IMG/VR virus record: IMGVR_UViG_3300047491_000541 | DNA: 64,000 nt | Origin: an uncultured virus (IMG/VR IMGVR_UViG_3300047491_000541) | Lineage: Duplodnaviria; Heunggongvirae; Uroviricota; Caudoviricetes | Reading direction: 5' to 3' (one strand) | Shown: positions 27,859-38,754 of the stretch, piece after piece | Numbering within the stretch: the stretch's first letter is position 1 | How the letters are laid out: each line of letters begins with the position of its first letter | Position numbers and translations under genes: made by a program | Notes under the pieces: model-generated | Databases searched by the model: none | Told to the model about the DNA's origin: nothing | Seen by the model: the letters and a program-made list of their open reading frames with translations, nothing else

Positions 27859-27918
27859 GCCCAACAAGGCGCGCCAGATTATTTCGCTCCACTCAAAATC
27901 TAAGCTTTGTCGTTCTGC
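27859..27918 (+). repeat. attC-like site (60 bp)
   Basis: GCCCAAC AAGGCG..AGATT / AATCT..GCTTTGTC GTTCTGC. Confidence 0.65.
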
Positions 27919-28277
27919 TTCACTGGCCACCGCGTCTTCCGCGCTTCCGCGAGGGATGCCGCACGGCGGCGGCGCTCCATTACGGTCAGCGTCTTCGGTA
28001 CGCCCTTGCCCATCTTGCCGAGTTCAGAGGCAAAGCGTGACAGTGGTTTCGACCCAGTGACTTCGTTTGCCGCTCGTCGCCCTGCCGTACAAGCCAGTGA
28101 CGGATGCACGGTCGTTATGGGGTCCGTTGCCATTCCCGATCCCGACTCCGTTTCGCTATCAGCCACTTGCGGCTGGCGGTACTTGTGGCTTGCGCCTTCC
28201 CGCATTTCGCTACTTCTTCGTCCGCCGGGCTTCGCGTCGGCTTTCCTGTCCTTTCGGCTTTCGTTTTCCACTGTCAC
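27900..28277 (-). CDS. basic hypothetical protein
   Basis: 125 aa, preceded by a sigma70-like promoter; ends in attC (NDKA). Confidence 0.45.
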   Translation of the reverse strand: MTVENESRKDRKADAKPGGRRSSEMREGASHKYRQPQVADSETESGSGMATDPITTVHPSLACTAGRRAANEVTGSKPLSRFASELGKMGKGVPKTLTVMERRRRAASLAEARKTRWPVKQNDKA

Positions 28278-28283
28278 GCCATC

Positions 28284-28312
28284 ACCATATCAGCAAAGCG
28301 GTTTACTGTCAA
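28284..28312 (-). promoter_or_regulatory. sigma70-like promoter
   Basis: TTGACA-N17-TATGGT. Confidence 0.55.
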
Positions 28313-28416
28313 CAAGAAATCTTCAACTATTTTCAGGCACCGGAAAGGCAAAACCAGCGGCGATTGTTCCGTTTGCTCCGACGCGCCGAGCATGTTCATT
28401 CGCTTGTCGTGCTTTT

Positions 28417-28926
28417 TTACTCGATTTCAAAAACCTTGTAACCTTCCCAGTCAGAATCACCGTCAAAACGAAGACTACCACCAGCCTCGCCAACAATCCT
28501 TGCGATCTTATCTGCCGTCTTGTCCGTCTGAATCTTGATATGGAACATCCCCATCACTTCAGGCCACTCAGCTCCTTTGGCTTTAGCCGCCTCATCCTCC
28601 AGTTGAAGCAGCCTCTGGTCCCACTTTTCCTGAGTCCACCCACATCCACGATTGGTGGACTCAGAAAAAGTCCTCCAATCAAACTTTCTAAACATTTCCA
28701 GCTCAGTCTGCTTAGGAGTGGCGAGAAACCACCCACGACACTTCCGATGCCCATATCCCTTTTCAGCTAGAGCTTTAAAACAACTGTTGCCACAGGTGCC
28801 ACAGCACGTCCCTGCACCAAGGTCCGCCAACTCCTGAACCGTGGCCTCGACAGCAACGGCACCTGAATCAGAAGACTCGCCATTATCTTCCAGTGCGTAA
28901 GTTTCCTCTACCGTAAGATTTCTCAT
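28417..28926 (-). CDS. hypothetical protein
   Basis: 169 aa, GGGAGG RBS. Confidence 0.6.
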   Translation of the reverse strand: MRNLTVEETYALEDNGESSDSGAVAVEATVQELADLGAGTCCGTCGNSCFKALAEKGYGHRKCRGWFLATPKQTELEMFRKFDWRTFSESTNRGCGWTQEKWDQRLLQLEDEAAKAKGAEWPEVMGMFHIKIQTDKTADKIARIVGEAGGSLRFDGDSDWEGYKVFEIE

Positions 28927-29190
28927 GTCTTATCCCTCCCAGTCTTTACTTCTTGATCGTCCTTGGTTTGATTGAAACTTCAATCTCATACCCGCATACC
29001 AACGTCAGCAAGGTCGGCCACATGCCGAAAATGAGAATCAACCAAGCCATCAAAGCCTCGCCACAATCCTTAGACTCGCACAATTCTGTTTCTTTTTTCC
29101 TTACACATCGTCGTCTTCTTTACTTTACCGGCTCTGAAATCGTATCCAGATATTCCTTCGCCAGCGGTTTTTTGACATTCAACAAATCAC

Positions 29191-30405
29191 TCACATGTAG
29201 TCAATGTTCTTCTGAGTGAATTCCTTGAGCAGGTCCTTACCGATAATCGCCATTGCCTGCTCGTTGTAAATCGCCTTCTCCTCTGGCAGCAGAAACTCAA
29301 ATATCACATAATAGATTGCCTTGCCCAAGTTTCCAAAAACTCGGTACATGTCGGCGATATGAACGATGTGAGCCGTGCTGAAAGGACTGACCAGCTTGCC
29401 CTGACGAATGTGATCTCGAATCGCATCACGAAACTTGATGACCATCGCTGCAACACGATCATCTCCGATCTTCTCCACCAGAATGTGCCGCTCAACCTCC
29501 TTGTCATAACCCATGCGGAAACAGACTGAGATACGATTCAGAAGGGAGATGTCAAGCGCATCAGTCTGAGCCGAATAGGCAGACGATTCAACTCCGGTTG
29601 CTCCACGACCGACCGTATTCGCCGCCATCACAATACGAAGCCCGCTGTGACCACGAACCACCCGACCACCATCCTGATCAATCACGAAGGTGCGCCGAGC
29701 ATCATCGGACTCCAGCAGACGATTGATACCGATTGCGACATGAGCAGACATCGAAGCCGCTTCGGTGATAAACAGGATTCCGGGAGCACCGACCTCGTTC
29801 CCCTGTTCATCCAATCCTTCCGTAAGAGCCTGTTCGACAAGTCCCTTCTGGAAGGAAATAATGTTCTGCTTCGTCGCGGGATCGACGACGATGGTTTTCT
29901 CGCCGAAAAATATTTCCGAACCCATGTCACCACGACAGTTGATCTGAAAGACCTTGCGACCCAATTCACGTCCCACGTAGTGAACCAGACGATCCTTGCC
30001 GCATTGAGTCGGTCCAGTCAACCAAACCACATGCGAGGCATCATCTGTCAAGACGGAAATCATATCACCGGCAATTGCGGGAACAACATACGAATGCTGA
30101 TGCCTCTTGAGTGTCGGTGTTGCCGTCGGCGGCTTCGGCTTTTTTTCATCAGACGGAATCTTCGGTTGAGTCACCGGAACGGTTTTCTGACCCGCCGTGA
30201 TACGCCGTATCACAAGAGTCGTCGAACCACCCTGCGGGAAATCAACGATGATATTCTCATTGCTGAGGTCAATGCGAGTTCGAGCCTTATGCAGGCTGCT
30301 AATGATCCCCGAAACCCGAAAGTCATTGATGTCAATCTCGATCCGGTTGCTGCCATTAAGCAACCCTTGAACTTCGCCAACCAATTTAGTCGTTTCCGGT
30401 GTCAT
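29191..30405 (-). CDS. CobS/MoxR-like AAA+ ATPase
   Basis: LTGPTQCGKD Walker A variant, LFITEA Walker B variant, AANTVGRG sensor 1, LDISLLNR, FSTAH. Confidence 0.75.
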   Translation of the reverse strand: MTPETTKLVGEVQGLLNGSNRIEIDINDFRVSGIISSLHKARTRIDLSNENIIVDFPQGGSTTLVIRRITAGQKTVPVTQPKIPSDEKKPKPPTATPTLKRHQHSYVVPAIAGDMISVLTDDASHVVWLTGPTQCGKDRLVHYVGRELGRKVFQINCRGDMGSEIFFGEKTIVVDPATKQNIISFQKGLVEQALTEGLDEQGNEVGAPGILFITEAASMSAHVAIGINRLLESDDARRTFVIDQDGGRVVRGHSGLRIVMAANTVGRGATGVESSAYSAQTDALDISLLNRISVCFRMGYDKEVERHILVEKIGDDRVAAMVIKFRDAIRDHIRQGKLVSPFSTAHIVHIADMYRVFGNLGKAIYYVIFEFLLPEEKAIYNEQAMAIIGKDLLKEFTQKNIDYM

Positions 30406-30436
30406 TTCCTATTCTCCTGTTGTTGTCCACATACAT

Positions 30437-30462
30437 ACATTACCGAATCACTTCCGGAATAC
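30437..30462 (-). promoter_or_regulatory. conserved phage promoter-like motif
   Basis: GTATTC-N12-GGTAATGT. Confidence 0.65.
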
Positions 30463-30469
30463 GAAAAAA

Positions 30470-31192
30470 TTATGCCATAAATCGACCAGCAAAGTAACCA
30501 ACTTCACGCCCCCAATCACTTCTTACTACCAACATCCTTTGATCCGATTCCATTGTCTCCCGAATGATATAGTAGAGATTGCCTTTTGTAAGTCCTTGAG
30601 CTCCAACGGCATCGATACACTCCACCTTCGGCTCGATCATGATGTCCCCGTCCCGGTCTATAGCAAACCGGAATTCCTCTGGAGATCGCCTCTTGTCTCC
30701 ACCTTCCACAGTGATCCACAAACATTCATCAACGCTTCTGATTTTTTTCCACTCACCATCAGTCTTATCAAGAACCATGACACCAGGATACACATTTGTA
30801 TAATCTAAGATGACGAACACATCGGAACTAATAAACCCCTTGTCCTTGATCGAGAAAAGCAAGCCAGTCTTATTCTCAGTTGTCACAGCTACATTTACCA
30901 CCACGACCACCTGACCGACCATTAGATCAGAAAATGGCTTGGTGACGACCGCATAGACCTCCTCCAAAAACTCGAAGTCCCAACGCTTCACGAAACTCGA
31001 TTCTTCATACCACTCCTCTGTATGGTCCATCAACCGAACCATTACACCAGAGTCATCCTTGACATCGATGAAGGAGCGAAATTTTGAAAAAGTGGAATTT
31101 GAATTACTGGCATCCTCGATTTCCGGCTCGACAAGATATACCTTGCCAGTCGTGAATCGCTCGTCTGTCCCTATGTAACGTGCGAATATCAT
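30470..31192 (-). CDS. hypothetical protein
   Basis: 240-aa ORF. Confidence 0.65.
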   Translation of the reverse strand: MIFARYIGTDERFTTGKVYLVEPEIEDASNSNSTFSKFRSFIDVKDDSGVMVRLMDHTEEWYEESSFVKRWDFEFLEEVYAVVTKPFSDLMVGQVVVVVNVAVTTENKTGLLFSIKDKGFISSDVFVILDYTNVYPGVMVLDKTDGEWKKIRSVDECLWITVEGGDKRRSPEEFRFAIDRDGDIMIEPKVECIDAVGAQGLTKGNLYYIIRETMESDQRMLVVRSDWGREVGYFAGRFMA

Positions 31193-31256
31193 CCTATCCC
31201 TTCAAGCTCTCTGAGGTCAACTTCCTGCTCTCTAAGAGACTCCTTCTTCACATCCT

Positions 31257-31991
31257 TCACAGATATGAAGTGCTTATGGGGAACTCTCGGAGTATCTGGC
31301 TGTATGATCCTGATTTTAAAATCAGGATCTTTTCAAGTTCCTTTGCGTGTTTGATCTTCCGCTGCTTCGCCTCACATTGATATTGATCAGGTGTCAAGAA
31401 CCGAACCTTGAAAAACTCGCCCTTCTGACCCATCTTGTCATAGACATACACCATCGTCTCGTCTTTGTGTTTCTTGACGAGATACTCGATACCAATATCG
31501 AAACGATCTTCAATACCGTCGTTGTCGATGCAGACCATAACCTCATCGAGTTGCACCAAGTTATCTCCGGGAGACTTGCTGATATTGACCTGCGGAGCCG
31601 GAAGCATAACATCGTCGGAAAGTGGTGAATCCGCATCCTTGTTACCCCAATCTTCAGGCTCAAGATTTTCCTTGATGCCAGCACTCTTCAAGTCCAGACG
31701 AATCGGAGATGCGCCATTAGCCTTCATATGATCGTCATACTTGACGCTCTCGATGTCAAGATACCCATCACGCTCCTGCTCCTTCCAGAGAGTTTGCTGA
31801 TATTGAACTGCGAAAGGCTCTTGATCGTAAGTCGCCTTCGCCTGCACATTCAGCTTCTTGCCACGGCGTCCCCATTTTGCCAACACAGTCCACTGGTCTT
31901 TACCCGTGTGCCGAATACAACACATGTAGACCTTGTCGTTATTTTGCGACGGTCTAAAACAGTGACCAACGATGTTGTTTTTCTTGTTCAT
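31257..31991 (-). CDS. WGR-like domain protein
   Basis: DKVY..WTVLAKWGRRG..GY pattern at the N-terminus. Confidence 0.55.
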   Translation of the reverse strand: MNKKNNIVGHCFRPSQNNDKVYMCCIRHTGKDQWTVLAKWGRRGKKLNVQAKATYDQEPFAVQYQQTLWKEQERDGYLDIESVKYDDHMKANGASPIRLDLKSAGIKENLEPEDWGNKDADSPLSDDVMLPAPQVNISKSPGDNLVQLDEVMVCIDNDGIEDRFDIGIEYLVKKHKDETMVYVYDKMGQKGEFFKVRFLTPDQYQCEAKQRKIKHAKELEKILILKSGSYSQILREFPISTSYL

Positions 31992-31993
31992 TC

Positions 31994-34063
31994 CTAAACC
32001 CGAACCTTACCTTCAGTGACGATCCTAGTGAACTCTCGGACAAACCCCGGACCAATCTCATTCACCTTTTCAAGATTTATAAACCACTCTTTGCCGTAAA
32101 ACGCTCTCGGCGATTCAGTCTGAACTCCGAATCCATAAACCTCGATGCCTTCCTTCCGAACTCGCTTACAAACCCTCTTCAAGTTGTCGCACATCTCTTC
32201 GTCATTGCCGTGACCAGCACAAGGCTCTCCGTCAGACAGCGAGAAGATCACCTTCCGCCGCTCAGGACGCTGCTTCAACCGAAACGCCGCATACTCGACA
32301 ACTTCACCGTCGATATTGTGATGGTGACAACCCGTATGAACCATGCGATGACGAACATTAACCCACTTCTCGCTAAAGAGCTTATAGTGATTGTAAACAA
32401 TCGGATTGACACGAGTAAAACCATCCATCTTTGGCATATCTCGTGATCCACTAGCATAAGCCGTCGTGGTTCCGATGATCTCAAACGGAATCCCGATGGA
32501 GTTTAAAGCCTCTCCAATCGCCATAGCCAGAAGTTGCACTTCATAGAAATTGCACATGCTTCCAGATTCATCAATCGTGATAGCGACAGCCACATCCAGT
32601 TTCATCCCGTCACGAGTCCGATAGAAAACATCGCGACTAAGATTCTTCGCAATCGCAACCAGACGTTGATGATCAATTTTACCCTGACGAAGATAAGGGT
32701 TCTTCCTGCACTTACTAAGACTACGAAGAGCCTGTTCCAGAGCACGAGTCATCGAAGTGACCGTCACAGACATCTGCGAGAGCCGTTCCCGATATGAAGT
32801 CTTATCAGATTCAGAAGTTTTCGGAGCCGAATGACGATCTAGGTCTCGACGAGACAAATACTTCTTATCCCCAGAAGGCAGATTCTTGAAGAACTCTTCA
32901 AGGTCCTCATTCTGAGCCTGTTCACGAGAAAGTCCGTCGAACTCGTCTTCCAAGTCCCGATGATCCTTACCGTCTCCCTTGCCGCCCTTCGGCTCATCAT
33001 TCTTCGGCACATAAGGAACATCGCCGCCAGCCTTCATGCTTCCATTGGGCTCGCCATCTCCATCTTCGCCGTTTTCTGAGTCAGGTTTGCTCTTGTTGGA
33101 CTTCCCACCATTCTTGCTTTCTTTACCACCCTTGCTCCCATCAGGTCCATCGTCTTCTGAATCTCCTTCAGAACCTTCGCCATTCTCTCCTTCGCCTTCG
33201 CCGCTATCCCCTTCTCCAGCATCGTCAGCACCCTCACCATCGCCCTTGTCCTTACCCTCATCAGAGTCATCACCCTTGTCGCCGGATTTCTTATCATCAC
33301 CCTTTTCGGGTTTCTGATTCTCGTAGTCATCAAAATCGTTGGAGCCTCCAGACTGAGGTTCGCCTCCCTGCTCTCCCTGCTCTCCCTGCTCTCCCTGCTG
33401 CTTTTTCTGTTCCTGCGGAGGAGGCTGATTCTGCTTCCACTCATCATTCACATCTTTCAGAAGCTTGTAAATGACTTTCGCCAGATCGAGAGCCTCATTG
33501 GCATTCTTGCACTGCTTGACCTTGATGAATTCGGAATGAGCGGCATCAACATAATCCTGAGCCTTGCGACCAAGATGCCACGCAGGTTGAATCCCCTCAA
33601 CCATAAAAGACATCGCACATAATGCTTCCCACAGAGGAGCGTCCTTTCCAGACGACATCTGCTCGGCAATCTTCCGATTATAGTAATGAGTATTCCAGTG
33701 GAAAACGACCGCACAACCCTTGTGCCGAGAAGACTCAACCGCTTCCATCCGACGATCCTCAAGGGCATTCCAAATCTCATGGAGTGCGCCCTTGGGATAA
33801 TCAGCCTTCGTAAGACTCGTCTCGTCAATGTGCCCAGCTTCGTGATAAACCCGACCACGTAGAAGCATCAGAGCTTCCTGAGTGATCCCGGATGCACAAG
33901 CCATACGGGGAATCCGAATGATCCTCTTGTAGATGTCGGCGTCAACGGCGGTCCCATTGTGGTAAACCACCTGAACATTTTTATCCCGCCCAATCCACCG
34001 AGCCAGAACAGACATGGCGTCTTCTGCCTCATGCTCGCCGTAATATGTCGCCGTATCGTTCAT
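31994..34063 (-). CDS. CobT-like vWA-domain protein
   Basis: N-terminal HEAGH..NALED.R.E, long acidic Gly-rich linker, MIDAS DESGSM, RRKVIFSLSDGEP. Confidence 0.85.
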   Translation of the reverse strand: MNDTATYYGEHEAEDAMSVLARWIGRDKNVQVVYHNGTAVDADIYKRIIRIPRMACASGITQEALMLLRGRVYHEAGHIDETSLTKADYPKGALHEIWNALEDRRMEAVESSRHKGCAVVFHWNTHYYNRKIAEQMSSGKDAPLWEALCAMSFMVEGIQPAWHLGRKAQDYVDAAHSEFIKVKQCKNANEALDLAKVIYKLLKDVNDEWKQNQPPPQEQKKQQGEQGEQGEQGGEPQSGGSNDFDDYENQKPEKGDDKKSGDKGDDSDEGKDKGDGEGADDAGEGDSGEGEGENGEGSEGDSEDDGPDGSKGGKESKNGGKSNKSKPDSENGEDGDGEPNGSMKAGGDVPYVPKNDEPKGGKGDGKDHRDLEDEFDGLSREQAQNEDLEEFFKNLPSGDKKYLSRRDLDRHSAPKTSESDKTSYRERLSQMSVTVTSMTRALEQALRSLSKCRKNPYLRQGKIDHQRLVAIAKNLSRDVFYRTRDGMKLDVAVAITIDESGSMCNFYEVQLLAMAIGEALNSIGIPFEIIGTTTAYASGSRDMPKMDGFTRVNPIVYNHYKLFSEKWVNVRHRMVHTGCHHHNIDGEVVEYAAFRLKQRPERRKVIFSLSDGEPCAGHGNDEEMCDNLKRVCKRVRKEGIEVYGFGVQTESPRAFYGKEWFINLEKVNEIGPGFVREFTRIVTEGKVRV

Positions 34064-34069
34064 ACCCAT

Positions 34070-34095
34070 ACATTACCGGAACCAGCCCGGAATAA
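34070..34095 (-). promoter_or_regulatory. conserved phage promoter-like motif
   Basis: TTATTC-N12-GGTAATGT, 6 nt before ATG at 34063. Confidence 0.7.
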
Positions 34096-34136
34096 GATAA
34101 AAAACGACACAATAAATGCAAAATATTCGTCGAGCT

Positions 34137-35816
34137 TTAAGATGCTCTATTGCATGGACTTATAGACACCAAACCCTTGTTTCCAGACTGCTTGAACTTA
34201 GCAACGAACTTGACGATCTCAGGAGTCACACGACCCTTCTGATTCACCGCCATCACCATCGACAACTTCAACAGATTCTTGATGTCACGACCAGAGAGGT
34301 TAGGCATCATCTTAACGATCCTCACGATCTCCGCACCCGTCAGCCCAACCACATTCTGTTCCGACATCACCTTCCACATCCGAACTTGATCACTCTCGCT
34401 CGGCATCTCGTAGGTAAACCGAGCCGTAGTCCGACTGATGATCGCATCATCCGTGAGCGTCCCACGGTTCGTTGTCATGAAAAGAACACCCTTGTAATAT
34501 TCCAATACGCGCAGGAAGACGCCCACGATGGCATTCTGCCGAATGTCATCGCCCCTTTCACGGATATAGACATCAGCCTCATCGAGTAGTAGAATAGCAC
34601 CCCATCTCTCCGCCCTCTTAAGCACTTCCTTGAGTTGTTCCTCGACCTTCTCCGCCGTAATTCCCAACTGGCTCGACTGCACTTTGTAGAGCGGGCGATG
34701 CATCTTTTCGCTGTAAACCTCTGCGGTCAAGGTCTTCCCAATACCAGGGGAACCTTCGATCAGAACGATTGTTCCGCCCTCCTTGCCGCCAACGATATCC
34801 GCGAACTTAGTCTTCGAGTGCTCAATGAGCACGGCCAGGAAATCCTTCACGTCCGTCGGAAGAATGAGTTTCTGATCTACCGTATCGTCATAGACATACG
34901 GCTCGGCGTTATTCACATGCACCCGATAATCAGCGTGCTCGTCCAGATCGAACATCTCATACACAGGATGAATAGGCAGCTTCCACACCTTCTCCTCGTT
35001 CTTGTCCCAATACGGCGAATGAATCGCATCCGCATCACGTTCACGATCAGGAGGATCCATCACCATCTTGGCAGGACGACCAGCCTGACCAACAGGACGG
35101 AAACTATTATTATACCAGCCCGCAATAAGTTTCGCCTTGCCTACCACAGACATCTGAAATCCGTCCACATCGCAATGCGCAAGATACCGCTTGACTTCCT
35201 TCTGGTATGATTCCATACGAGCTGGCGTCTCAAGATAGAAACCCTTGCCGGCTAGAATCTCACTCATCTTCTTTTGGCGAATATCCTCTACTTCAATTTG
35301 AATCGTCTTCCCCTCAGTGTTAGAGGATCCGCGAGACCCACGAAGCTTCCGTTTGTTCTCTCCCGTATTGATGCCGACCAATTCGATTGTTACAACCGCA
35401 GGTCCCATTTCCGTAGCTGTGAAATATTTGATCTCATTCACAAACCAAGGGACAAATTGACCATCCTGAGTCTGCTCAAAAAGATAGTGGTTTTGAGAAG
35501 CCTCAACAAACTTTCTCATGGCAGGCTCGACATGTTCCAGCCTGGAAACAACCGATCCATCCGGATTATCCTTGATCTCCATCCACTGCTGAACAACATT
35601 CTGGCTCAGCTTAGCTGACCGATCACCAGAGTCCGCCTTCTTTCCGAGATACTCATGAAACCTCTTGATGCTCGCATCAGACCAATCGGCAATGGAAATT
35701 TTCATCTTACCTTTGCCCGTGCTAAGGTTATACTTAGTCCCCAATACATCGACTTCATCAGCCGTCATGAGTCCTTTGATCTCATCAAACCACTCTTCAT
35801 TAACAATGACTCTCAT
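34137..35816 (-). CDS. AAA family ATPase
   Basis: GSPGIGKT, LLLDEAD, FLRVLEYYKGVLFMTTNR, LSGRDIKN. Confidence 0.9.
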   Translation of the reverse strand: MRVIVNEEWFDEIKGLMTADEVDVLGTKYNLSTGKGKMKISIADWSDASIKRFHEYLGKKADSGDRSAKLSQNVVQQWMEIKDNPDGSVVSRLEHVEPAMRKFVEASQNHYLFEQTQDGQFVPWFVNEIKYFTATEMGPAVVTIELVGINTGENKRKLRGSRGSSNTEGKTIQIEVEDIRQKKMSEILAGKGFYLETPARMESYQKEVKRYLAHCDVDGFQMSVVGKAKLIAGWYNNSFRPVGQAGRPAKMVMDPPDRERDADAIHSPYWDKNEEKVWKLPIHPVYEMFDLDEHADYRVHVNNAEPYVYDDTVDQKLILPTDVKDFLAVLIEHSKTKFADIVGGKEGGTIVLIEGSPGIGKTLTAEVYSEKMHRPLYKVQSSQLGITAEKVEEQLKEVLKRAERWGAILLLDEADVYIRERGDDIRQNAIVGVFLRVLEYYKGVLFMTTNRGTLTDDAIISRTTARFTYEMPSESDQVRMWKVMSEQNVVGLTGAEIVRIVKMMPNLSGRDIKNLLKLSMVMAVNQKGRVTPEIVKFVAKFKQSGNKGLVSISPCNRAS

Positions 35817-35839
35817 AAAAATCTACCCTTCTTGACAAG

Positions 35840-35865
35840 ACATTACCGAAAACAAATCGAAATAA
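35840..35865 (-). promoter_or_regulatory. conserved phage promoter-like motif
   Basis: TTATTT-N12-GGTAATGT. Confidence 0.7.
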
Positions 35866-35870
35866 GTAAA

Positions 35871-36317
35871 TTATTCCAACATAGTCCGTAACCGCATCAG
35901 ACGGCTACAGAACTCGTCACTGGTCAGGATCGTTACTTTGGGACTAGCCTTGCCTATGGAATGAGTTAGGACGGCATCTCCAGTCGCCCTAAGAGCCCTC
36001 CTGAAACTCTCGCTCTGATCGAACATCTCGCGATAGGCTAGATCGAGAAGCCTCTGATATTCGTCCGAGTCCCTATTGAAGACCTCTCCCTGCCAAAAGA
36101 GTTGCCTTGTCACCCACCACTTTTCACCTCTTCCAAAGACCTTGGCATTCCATCCAGTCAGAGCACAAACATGCTGCTGTGTTTCTTTATTCGAGAATTT
36201 TAGACTCTGCAACCAGCCTTCAAAAGACCGACACTCAACCCCATCAAACACAAAAGGATGAGACGCAAAATTGCTCAACGCACTGGCTGGATATTCATTT
36301 TTTGAGCCGATGTCCAT
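35871..36317 (-). CDS. T4 gp30.3-like / NADAR-family protein
   Basis: ALSNFASHPFVFDG..SFEGWLQSLKF..LFWQG..FRRALRATG..LTHSIG..TILT.DEFC. Confidence 0.7.
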   Translation of the reverse strand: MDIGSKNEYPASALSNFASHPFVFDGVECRSFEGWLQSLKFSNKETQQHVCALTGWNAKVFGRGEKWWVTRQLFWQGEVFNRDSDEYQRLLDLAYREMFDQSESFRRALRATGDAVLTHSIGKASPKVTILTSDEFCSRLMRLRTMLE

Positions 36318-36664
36318 CTTACATCACGTTATTGTCTCATACCGGGCTGTACGGTGTATACTCTTTACACGTTCGCGTTGCCGTTCTTCCTTTCATGCAA
36401 GACCGCTGATCCATACATGTGATGAATGAATGAGCGCAGTCGTCGCATGTTGCGGCCTTCATGGCTACATGGCCGCATGTAAGACACCGAACACATTTGC
36501 TGGGTCTATTCGTCACTCGCTGGCGTTCGTTATTCAATCCTCACCTCCATCGTTGTGCTTGCACTTGTGAAAGCGTGCCTTGAGCCGTGCGAAGCGTGGC
36601 GCGAACGTGCGCCCACAGTTGAAGCAGATCGCTGCGCCCGGGTGCCGGATGCGCTCGACAATAG

Positions 36665-36765
36665 GACTAACCATGCGCCGGACCGTACCGGCAATAGTCA
36701 CAAACCGTTTCTTCATAGTCTCAACTTTCTCCTGCTTTTGCTGGCCGGTCAGCTTGTCGTTCGGT
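36665..36765 (+). repeat. attC-like site (101 bp) with a gene start in its loop
   Basis: GACTAAC..GCCGGACC / GGTCAGC TTGTC GTTCGGT; loop holds RBS and ATG of MKKRFVTIAG. Confidence 0.65.
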
Positions 36766-37738
36766 ATCACACGCTCCGTTGTGGGTGTGCCGTCGAAGAA
36801 ACACAGATTGCGCTGTGCTTCATCCAGCGTTGGGAAAGAATCACAACACGCCGCTCCTACCCATGAATTGATCCACGCATCAACCCACCACCAGTGCACC
36901 AGCCAGTGCCGTTGCTGGATCACGTATTCCTTACGCCCGTCATGCATTGTCCGTTCAACGATTCTTGCCTTCATGTCGTCTCTCCTTTCGAGGACGCGCC
37001 AATAACCGCGTCCTTAGTTGCAATAAATGGCTCATTATTTCTCTTCGCCATCTTTTAGTCTCACCATTATACCCAGACGATGGTTCTGGACATCTCCCAC
37101 TTCCGCGCTATCCATCCAGCGTGAAAGTCTGTTGTCGTCGTCTCTGTTCCCGTGTTCCATCCATCCAAACAAAGACAGAGAGTGGACGGAAGAGACAAAC
37201 TGTGTTTCCATCACACCTTCTGTACTTTCACAATACAAAAACCGCTTGCTCATTTTTCACCTTCTTTTGATTGGACATCCCGCCAGTAGCAAAACTGGTC
37301 GCCAGGAACGTATTCAAACACTCCAAAGTCAGGTTGTCCCTCCGGGATTTGATTGCCGAGGCACCAATCCCGCCACCCGTTATCGACCCTCAATGAGATA
37401 ATGCTGTGTCCAGTCGTCGCGGTGCGACTTGTCCCAATTCCCAATGCCATCATCGTCCTTCTCCTTGTGTTACGGAACGCCCAGCATACTTTGCTTCGCG
37501 TCGATATAAAGCTGAGCTTGATAGTTGGGCGGCAACGTAGTACGTGCAACCTCAAACGCCGGATGGTCTACAGGGCAACGCGGATGCGTAGTGTCCACGA
37601 TCCGTGCAAGCACACGCTCAAGGGTGCGTATCCGCATATTGGCGGCTCCAAGCATCGTATCCGCATCGCCCCGGGCTTCTTCACAAGCTGACTCATATTC
37701 TTTATAGTTCATTTGTCTTTCTCCTTGTGTTGCGGAAC

Positions 37739-37797
37739 TCCCAACAAGGCGCTCCAGTTGACTTCACTTCGTTCGCGACTGAGCTTTGCCGTTCGGC
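37739..37797 (+). repeat. attC-like site (59 bp)
   Basis: TCCCAAC AAGGCG CTCCAG..CTGAG CTTTGCC GTTCGGC; extra C in L''; R'' matches GTTGGGC at 37524. Confidence 0.85.
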
Positions 37798-37951
37798 GCA
37801 TGTGTCCTGTCAGATGCATAAAGGTGCTCCGCTTGGCATTTACGGCATTCCAACAGGTTGAGCGTGACCGATCCTTCCTTCGAGTTGTCCGCCTTCAACA
37901 CGTCGAAACGGCGACTACCAAGCGTAACCCACTCGTGGTGGCAGAAGGCAC

Positions 37952-38052
37952 GCCGAACCAAGGCTCGCAGCGCACCCAAAACCCGCGCAATAGTTGTTCT
38001 CATATTCGGTCCTTCTCAGCGGTTTTTGGGCTGCTGAAGCCCATCGTTGGCC
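37952..38052 (+). repeat. attC-like site (101 bp)
   Basis: R'' GCCGAAC exactly complements GTTCGGC at 37791; CCCAAAA/TTTTGGG inner arms; R' GTTGGCC. Confidence 0.8.
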
Positions 38053-38397
38053 TTCGCTAGTACCTGTGCTATGTCTGACTCGACCAGCGTTGTCGGGTCG
38101 TCATTGTCACGCCTATAGGCGATCTCGTCGGCGGCGCGGGATAACAAGTCCAAGAAGTCGTCCAAGCGTACGGCTTCGCTGCCACTCGACTTCACGTTGT
38201 CGAGCGTCTCCTCGTTCCCAAACTGCGCATCGGGGTTTGACGGACGAACATCCTGCACCAAATTGCGGATGTCACGCATAGCCTCCATCGGCAGATCGAA
38301 TGCCGGCTCAATCAGTTCGTAATCAGGGACGTATCCGCGTTTGGCGTTGATGTTCCACAGCCGTATGGTCGCGAGCACGATATTCTGTTCTCTGTCG

Positions 38398-38595
38398 CTA
38401 AGGTTTTTCATCGTCTTCTCCTTCCAGGAAAGCGGCCCACTTTGCTTGCCGCTGAGCTTCTTCGACGGCTTCTTCATACCGTCGCTGTCTGAAATCAGGC
38501 AGCAAAGGAGCCAAGTCACCGTATTCGTCACAAAAATGTTCCCACTCAGCATCAACCTCCGAGCCGTGTTCTGAAAACCATTCGTCAAAAGTCAT
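38398..38595 (-). CDS. small acidic hypothetical protein
   Basis: MTFDEWFSEHGSEVDAEW after GGAGG; paralog at 47.9-48.0 kb. Confidence 0.6.
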   Translation of the reverse strand: MTFDEWFSEHGSEVDAEWEHFCDEYGDLAPLLPDFRQRRYEEAVEEAQRQAKWAAFLEGEDDEKP

Positions 38596-38754
38596 ACTAA
38601 CCTCCATCAAACGGTTAGAGCGTATTCGCTACGCTCTCCGCTCATCCTTGTCGTTGGCCTTCGCTAGTACCTGTTCTATGTCTGACTCGATACCCGTTAC
38701 CGGGTCGTCATTGTCACGCCTATAGGCGATCTCGTCGGCGGCGCGGGATAACAA

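Noticed and set aside
33020..33430. Low-complexity Gly/Asp/Glu repeats (ctctccctg x3)
   Set aside because: Ordinary disordered linker of a CobT-like protein
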